This document shows, piece by piece, positions 59,504 through 64,000 of a stretch of DNA of 64,000 nt. The position numbers and the translations under genes were made by a program. The number at the start of each line of letters is the position of its first letter. Position 1 is the stretch's first letter. The notes beneath the pieces were generated by a model. It saw nothing but the letters and a program-made list of their open reading frames with translations, did no database searches and was not told the DNA's origin. Source of the DNA: a virus; the UHGV virus genome UHGV-0039337; one strand, written 5' to 3'.

Positions 59504-60061
59504 TTAGAATAAGTCTACATCAAAGTCATTGTCTTTATCGTTATTATCAATAACATCATCTTCTAACATATTACTTATATCTATTTCGTATAATTCTTTC
59601 ATAGATTCTTTAAATATTTCTATAGTAGATTCTACAAAATTTATTCCACTAGCTTTACTTAATTCTTTAACTAAATTAACGTCATTGTCGTCACTAGTTT
59701 CTATTTCTTCTAATACTTTTTTAAATTCACATACAATGGAATATACTGCTTCTTCTTTTGTTTCATTATTTAAAAATATGTTATCTTCATTTTTTTCCAT
59801 CATAAGATCTAATGTTTCATTTATCTTTTCGTCTTTTGATACATTTTCTATAATATCTACCATTTCAATATAAGCTTCTTCTGTTGATCCTGGCATTGCT
59901 GCAGCAAATAAACCAACTTCTCCAGATACAGCTTCTAATAATTCATCTAAACGATTTATATTTTCTATTGTACTTTCTCCTTCATTTTCTTTATTATTAG
60001 GCGTTGCTATAAAAGAAAATAAGTCTATATCAGCTTCATATATAATATTAATCATAATCAT
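59504..60061 (-). CDS. hypothetical highly acidic protein
   Basis: 185-aa ORF. Confidence 0.35.
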   Translation of the reverse strand: MIMINIIYEADIDLFSFIATPNNKENEGESTIENINRLDELLEAVSGEVGLFAAAMPGSTEEAYIEMVDIIENVSKDEKINETLDLMMEKNEDNIFLNNETKEEAVYSIVCEFKKVLEEIETSDDNDVNLVKELSKASGINFVESTIEIFKESMKELYEIDISNMLEDDVIDNNDKDNDFDVDLF

Positions 60062-60071
60062 TTCTCCTTTC

Positions 60072-60341
60072 TTATAACAAAGTATCTTCCTCTTCTTCTC
60101 TTAATCTTGCAATAGAGCTGTCCATGATTTCTTCATTCTTTAATGCATTTATAAACGTTTTAGTTAATTCCTCGTATGACACTTCAAATTTTTTTGACAT
60201 AGCCTTTAAAGATAACAGTGTAGTTATAATGAAATCTTGTGGATTATAAGCTTGTATTTCTATTTTTGAATATTCTGTTCCTTTTTCTGATGGTTCAACA
60301 TTAATTTTCACATATCTTCTATCTGCTTTTTCCTTTTCCAT
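60072..60341 (-). CDS. hypothetical protein
   Basis: 89-aa ORF. Confidence 0.3.
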   Translation of the reverse strand: MEKEKADRRYVKINVEPSEKGTEYSKIEIQAYNPQDFIITTLLSLKAMSKKFEVSYEELTKTFINALKNEEIMDSSIARLREEEEDTLL

Positions 60342-60354
60342 AATATTATCTCCT

Positions 60355-60603
60355 TTACATTCTATCTAATACTCTTATTAAAGTATCTCTTTGTTCACAT
60401 ACTTTGTCATATTCTTTTAATAATAAGTCATATCTATCTCTTATTGATTCTAACGCTTCACATTGTTGTCTCAATTCATCTACTTCTCTCATAAGATCTG
60501 TTTTTTCTTGTGCATGCTCTTTTAGTAATAAATCATATTCATTAGCTGTTAAATCCTCTCTTTTTGATAATTTGTCATAAGCTTTTTGTAATTTATCTTC
60601 CAT
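60355..60603 (-). CDS. coiled-coil protein
   Basis: 82 aa with heptad-like Leu/Glu/Arg content. Confidence 0.3.
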   Translation of the reverse strand: MEDKLQKAYDKLSKREDLTANEYDLLLKEHAQEKTDLMREVDELRQQCEALESIRDRYDLLLKEYDKVCEQRDTLIRVLDRM

Positions 60604-60957
60604 TTATTCCAACTCCTTTAATAATTCAATATTTGCGTATAATATAATTGGCGAAAAAGGCTTATTGCTTACAGCCATTATTTTTACTTCTTGACCATTA
60701 TATTTATTTATAATAATTGAGTTTTTATCTGTGCTAATTACAGTTCCAGAGAGTATTTTGTGTATACTTAACTCTAACGATGATACTAAATACGTAGTAT
60801 ATTTACTGTTTATAGTATTGATTTTCTTTTTTAATAAACTTTCTTTATTTCCTATAACATCTATTGAATCTAACGTATTAAATAGACTGTTAATTGATAT
60901 AGGTATGTTATTTTCGCAATAATCTTTTATAAGATTCATAAAATCATCATATGTCAT
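60604..60957 (-). CDS. member of paralog family with N-terminal ..NxPIxxNSLxNTx motif
   Basis: 117 aa. N-terminus NIPISINSLFNTL resembles TPVNLKSLLNTI and IPINLKSLINTI of ORFs 63170..63670 and 62592..63182. Confidence 0.4.
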   Translation of the reverse strand: MTYDDFMNLIKDYCENNIPISINSLFNTLDSIDVIGNKESLLKKKINTINSKYTTYLVSSLELSIHKILSGTVISTDKNSIIINKYNGQEVKIMAVSNKPFSPIILYANIELLKELE

Positions 60958-60973
60958 ATATTAACTCTCCTTT

Positions 60974-61213
60974 CTAAATTAAGTGATACAATAGTACTAA
61001 TGCTATTAATAATATTATCAGTACTATTGTTACTGATATATACTCGACTGTATATTCATCATCAATGAAATGTCTTAATATTTCCATTAATCCATAACAA
61101 ATAACTAATCCTAATATCACGCCTATGAAAATCCCTACTATAGAAAGTAATACTTCTATAAACATGTAAAACATTCCTCCTTTAAAAATATTATAAAGTA
61201 TGCTTACTGGCAT
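60974..61213 (-). CDS. small membrane protein (2 TM)
   Basis: 79-aa strongly hydrophobic ORF. Confidence 0.35.
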   Translation of the reverse strand: MPVSILYNIFKGGMFYMFIEVLLSIVGIFIGVILGLVICYGLMEILRHFIDDEYTVEYISVTIVLIILLIALVLLYHLI

Positions 61214-61784
61214 AATAGTGTTATCTTTTTTTATAACTTATATATAATATACATGAATAAATAAATAAGATTAGAAGTTAAGTAGTGGTTAGGTAAGTAC
61301 ACATTGCGTGTGTGTGGTCACTATAAAATATAACCAAGGGTCATGACCTTCAAATCCATGTAATTTAAATCTTAATTTCAAACTAGAGAAGCCGATACTC
61401 TAGTATAAATAAGATACGATAGGTGAACTGTAGCCAATGCTAAAAAATACAGTGGAAGTAATAATATATATGCCATAGCTACAGACATATATTACTTACC
61501 TCAACTGGGAGAGCTTGAGCAAGCTTAACCCTGATACGTTGTATCAAAAAACAAAAAATGCAAGGATGGATTGCCTGGTAGTTTGTTAACTACGCCTAGT
61601 GAAAAGTATTATGTTTGAATGTGTGGGCAGGATGCACATGAGTAATACTAGTAGCCACAATTGATGGAACCTATACTGGATTCAAATTGTTTCTCTATAT
61701 TTAATAGGGATATTATAGGCCTGTTTTAAGGCCTAACTATGTCTAAAACATAGCACTTTTACCCTACCTGGGCTTTAACTTTGT

Positions 61785-62177
61785 TTAATTCGTATAGCTT
61801 ACAACAACTGCTAATAGTGGCTTTGTTGGATAATATGGTGTAAAGTCATCAGGAAGCTCTTCTTCTAGCTTACTGTTAAACTCTGTTAGAAATGTTTCTC
61901 CTCCAAGTATTTTACTTAATCCTCGGATTAATACGTATTTCTCATCATAGAAGCAGAAGTATAGATAATAACTGTAGTATACTGAATCTTTTCTCAATAG
62001 AACTAACTTAAAGCATGGATAACTCATAAATCTTAACTCTGATATAGTATTTTTAACTTCTATATCATGAGCCGATAAAATATTAAGCAATTTATCTAGC
62101 TCTATCAATATTTCCTTATTATATATAGTTGATAGTATATTATTTAGTTCTTTATTTATTTCGTTATTCTTTTTCAT
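61785..62177 (-). CDS. hypothetical protein, tandem paralog A
   Basis: 130 aa. The whole protein is near-identical in layout to ORF 62206..62589 (YPCF+L+L.RK.SVYYSY.LYFCFY.EK..LI.GL..I.GGE.FLTEFN..LEE..P.DFTPY). Confidence 0.45.
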   Translation of the reverse strand: MKKNNEINKELNNILSTIYNKEILIELDKLLNILSAHDIEVKNTISELRFMSYPCFKLVLLRKDSVYYSYYLYFCFYDEKYVLIRGLSKILGGETFLTEFNSKLEEELPDDFTPYYPTKPLLAVVVSYTN

Positions 62178-62205
62178 ATTTCCTCCTTATATTATTCTAG
62201 ACTTA

Positions 62206-62589
62206 TTAATGATAATCTCTTGGACAGTATGGTGTAAAATCATTAGGAGGATCTTCTTCTAATCTATTATTAAATTCTGTTAAAAATACTTCTCCTCCAC
62301 TTATTCCTTCTAGTCCTTGGATTAATATACATTTTTCATTATAAAAGCAGAAGTATAAAAAATAGCTATAGTATACTGAATTTTTTCTTGATAAAATTAA
62401 TCTAAAACATGGATACTTTACACATTGATGATACTTTGTAATTTTTGCTTCTAATATGTCTTCTTCAATAGTTACATTGTGACTCGATAAAATCTTTACT
62501 AGCTCATTTAGTTCTATTAATATTTTTTTATGATATATGGTTAATAATATATTATCTAATTCTTTATTCATTTCAATACTCTTTTTCAT
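62206..62589 (-). CDS. hypothetical protein, tandem paralog B
   Basis: 127 aa. See paralog A. Confidence 0.45.
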   Translation of the reverse strand: MKKSIEMNKELDNILLTIYHKKILIELNELVKILSSHNVTIEEDILEAKITKYHQCVKYPCFRLILSRKNSVYYSYFLYFCFYNEKCILIQGLEGISGGEVFLTEFNNRLEEDPPNDFTPYCPRDYH

Positions 62590-62591
62590 TT

Positions 62592-63182
62592 TTACTCCTC
62601 GTATTGTTCTAATAGTTTATCGTTCTTTTTTATTGCGTTTTCGTAATGTTCTTTAAAGTCATGTAACTGTGTTTTTAGTAAACTGTTAGGATGTATGAAT
62701 TTATTATTATCATCATTAAATAGATTCATTTCAGCCACAAGTGAATTGTTATAAGTAAAAGTAAGTATGATTATATCGTCGTTAATATTTATATTGTATG
62801 GATCCATATAACATAGCTCATATTCATTGTATGAACTTACTTTTAAGTATTCTTCTTTTGAATATTGCATTTCTAATTTAAACCAATCATTGTAGGTATT
62901 GTCGTATACATCGAAAGTTATACAGTTATAATTAAAAAATGTTGGACTTATAGATGCATCATAAGTGGTTGTATAAAGACAAGATCCAAAAAATAAACTG
63001 TAGTATTCAGTTTCTATTTTTGCATACATATCATTTAAAGAGTCACGATCTCTATAATTTCTTATTCTTAAATTATGATCATAATAGATTGTATTTATTA
63101 GAGATTTTAGATTAATAGGAATGCTATATTTACACATTTCATATAATGTTTTAACTATTTCATGCATTATTAAACCCTCCAA
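62592..63182 (-). CDS. member of NLKSLxNT paralog family
   Basis: 196 aa with N-terminal IPINLKSLINTIY. Confidence 0.4.
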   Translation of the reverse strand: MEGLIMHEIVKTLYEMCKYSIPINLKSLINTIYYDHNLRIRNYRDRDSLNDMYAKIETEYYSLFFGSCLYTTTYDASISPTFFNYNCITFDVYDNTYNDWFKLEMQYSKEEYLKVSSYNEYELCYMDPYNININDDIIILTFTYNNSLVAEMNLFNDDNNKFIHPNSLLKTQLHDFKEHYENAIKKNDKLLEQYEE

Positions 63183-63670
63183 GCAGAACTTTCAATATCT
63201 GTAAGTTTCTTTCTTTTAATGTATTTCCATTTTTCATCACCTGGATATTGTGATATATCTATATTAGCTATATCGCCATAATCATGTACTTTATTCGTCT
63301 TAGTGATGCATAGTATATAAACTTCATCATTAATATTTACAGTACAATTATTCTTTACAGTATAGTCTATATCATCAAGAATATTTATACATACTAAGTC
63401 AGTACGCGTAAAGAATAAATAATATTTTATATTTTCCCAACGTTCTTTTATTGTTATTATTGAAGTATTATTAGCATATATTTCTGTATCTGATTGCTCA
63501 TCTATATAAAGATCTAGACTGCATGGCTCTTTATATTCTCTAGTATTTTTTGATGCTAATACATATTCTTTATCTTCATTTATAGTATTTAATAAACTCT
63601 TTAAATTAACGGGAGTATTATTATTACATAAATTGATTAGCTGTATTATTAAATCTTCTTTATAACTCAT
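63170..63670 (-). CDS. member of NLKSLxNT paralog family
   Basis: 166 aa with N-terminal TPVNLKSLLNTIN. Confidence 0.4.
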   Translation of the reverse strand: MSYKEDLIIQLINLCNNNTPVNLKSLLNTINEDKEYVLASKNTREYKEPCSLDLYIDEQSDTEIYANNTSIITIKERWENIKYYLFFTRTDLVCINILDDIDYTVKNNCTVNINDEVYILCITKTNKVHDYGDIANIDISQYPGDEKWKYIKRKKLTDIESSAWRV

Positions 63671-64000
63671 AGCTTATACTTCTTTCTGTTTCATTAATAG
63701 AGTTAATAGCTTGAATTATAGCATTAGCGATTGTTTCAGCCATTTCAATTATGAAATCTAATTGTACATTACTTAGAGATTCTATCGTTTCCATATAATC
63801 ATTTTTTCCTATACTTACTATTCCTTTTATTGAATAGTCACCTATACTTTCTAATTTTTTATTGACTCCAGATCCTGGTCTAATAGGTCCACTATTTATT
63901 CTGATGGTTCCTACTTCAAATAAACAACTTGTAGCGGCATCTATTGCTAATATAGTAGAATCTTTATGCTTTCTTTTTATTTCAGGTATTTTTTCAGATA
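63660..64000 (-). CDS. partial ORF running off the window edge (C-terminal about 110 aa)
   Basis: Manual minus-strand translation has no stop from the window end to about 63660 (...TILAIDAATSCLFEVGTIRINSGPIRPGSGVNKKLESIGDYSIKGIVSIGKNDYMETIESLSNVQLDFIIEMAETIANAIIQAINSINETERSISYEL). Function unknown. Confidence 0.3.
   Translation of the reverse strand, partial: SEKIPEIKRKHKDSTILAIDAATSCLFEVGTIRINSGPIRPGSGVNKKLESIGDYSIKGIVSIGKNDYMETIESLSNVQLDFIIEMAETIANAIIQAINSINETERSISYEL

Noticed and set aside
61214-61784. Seventh (ORF-less) group I intron
   Set aside because: The flanking ORFs are not halves of one gene: a tandem paralog of the upstream ORF terminates at the equivalent position with no downstream exon.

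Overview
The window is AT-rich (roughly 28-30% GC) and almost all genes lie on the minus strand in one co-directional block. Many carry GGAGG-type ribosome-binding sites, and a few use TTG starts. The content is typical of a large virulent phage, or phage-like element, of a low-GC Firmicute. It is a nucleotide-metabolism, replication and recombination module.

Replication and repair genes: SNF2 helicase, UvrD-like helicase, class II ribonucleotide reductase (RNR), NrdG activase, ThyX, a dNMP/guanylate kinase, a UDG-like protein, ATP-dependent DNA ligase, RecA/UvsX recombinase, a Rad52-like annealing protein, SSB, a gyrase-type topoisomerase II (GyrB plus an 810-aa GyrA) and a RusA-like resolvase.

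Other functions: a complete ClpX plus ClpP protease, a sigma factor, PIN-PhoH, two AAA+ ATPases, a PARG-like macrodomain protein, ferritin, a HicA-like protein, a cell-wall amidase with holin-like partners, one tRNA, and a tRNA-like remnant.

The outstanding feature is six group I introns, each carrying a homing endonuclease gene (HEG), in five essential genes:
- UvrD helicase (LAGLIDADG HEG)
- AAA+ ATPase (HNH zinc-ribbon HEG)
- RNR (HNH HEG)
- gyrB, two introns (LAGLIDADG and HNH-AP2 HEGs)
- clpX (LAGLIDADG HEG)

I reconstructed the exon junctions by translating in-frame upstream of the ORF-track start codons and matching conserved motifs. Every proposed 5' splice site follows a U and every 3' splice site follows a G, as expected for group I introns.

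Three introns (UvrD, AAA+, clpX) share a conserved ribozyme-core sequence block (ggcctcgtgg ... ctatgcgttgcgcctg on the plus strand). The UvrD and clpX introns both sit inside the Walker-A (P-loop) codons of their hosts. The three LAGLIDADG HEGs are clearly related to one another, and the UvrD and clpX HEGs are near-paralogous.

Intron and exon coordinates are approximate to about 1-3 nt. Homology calls rest on motif recognition by eye, not database searches.
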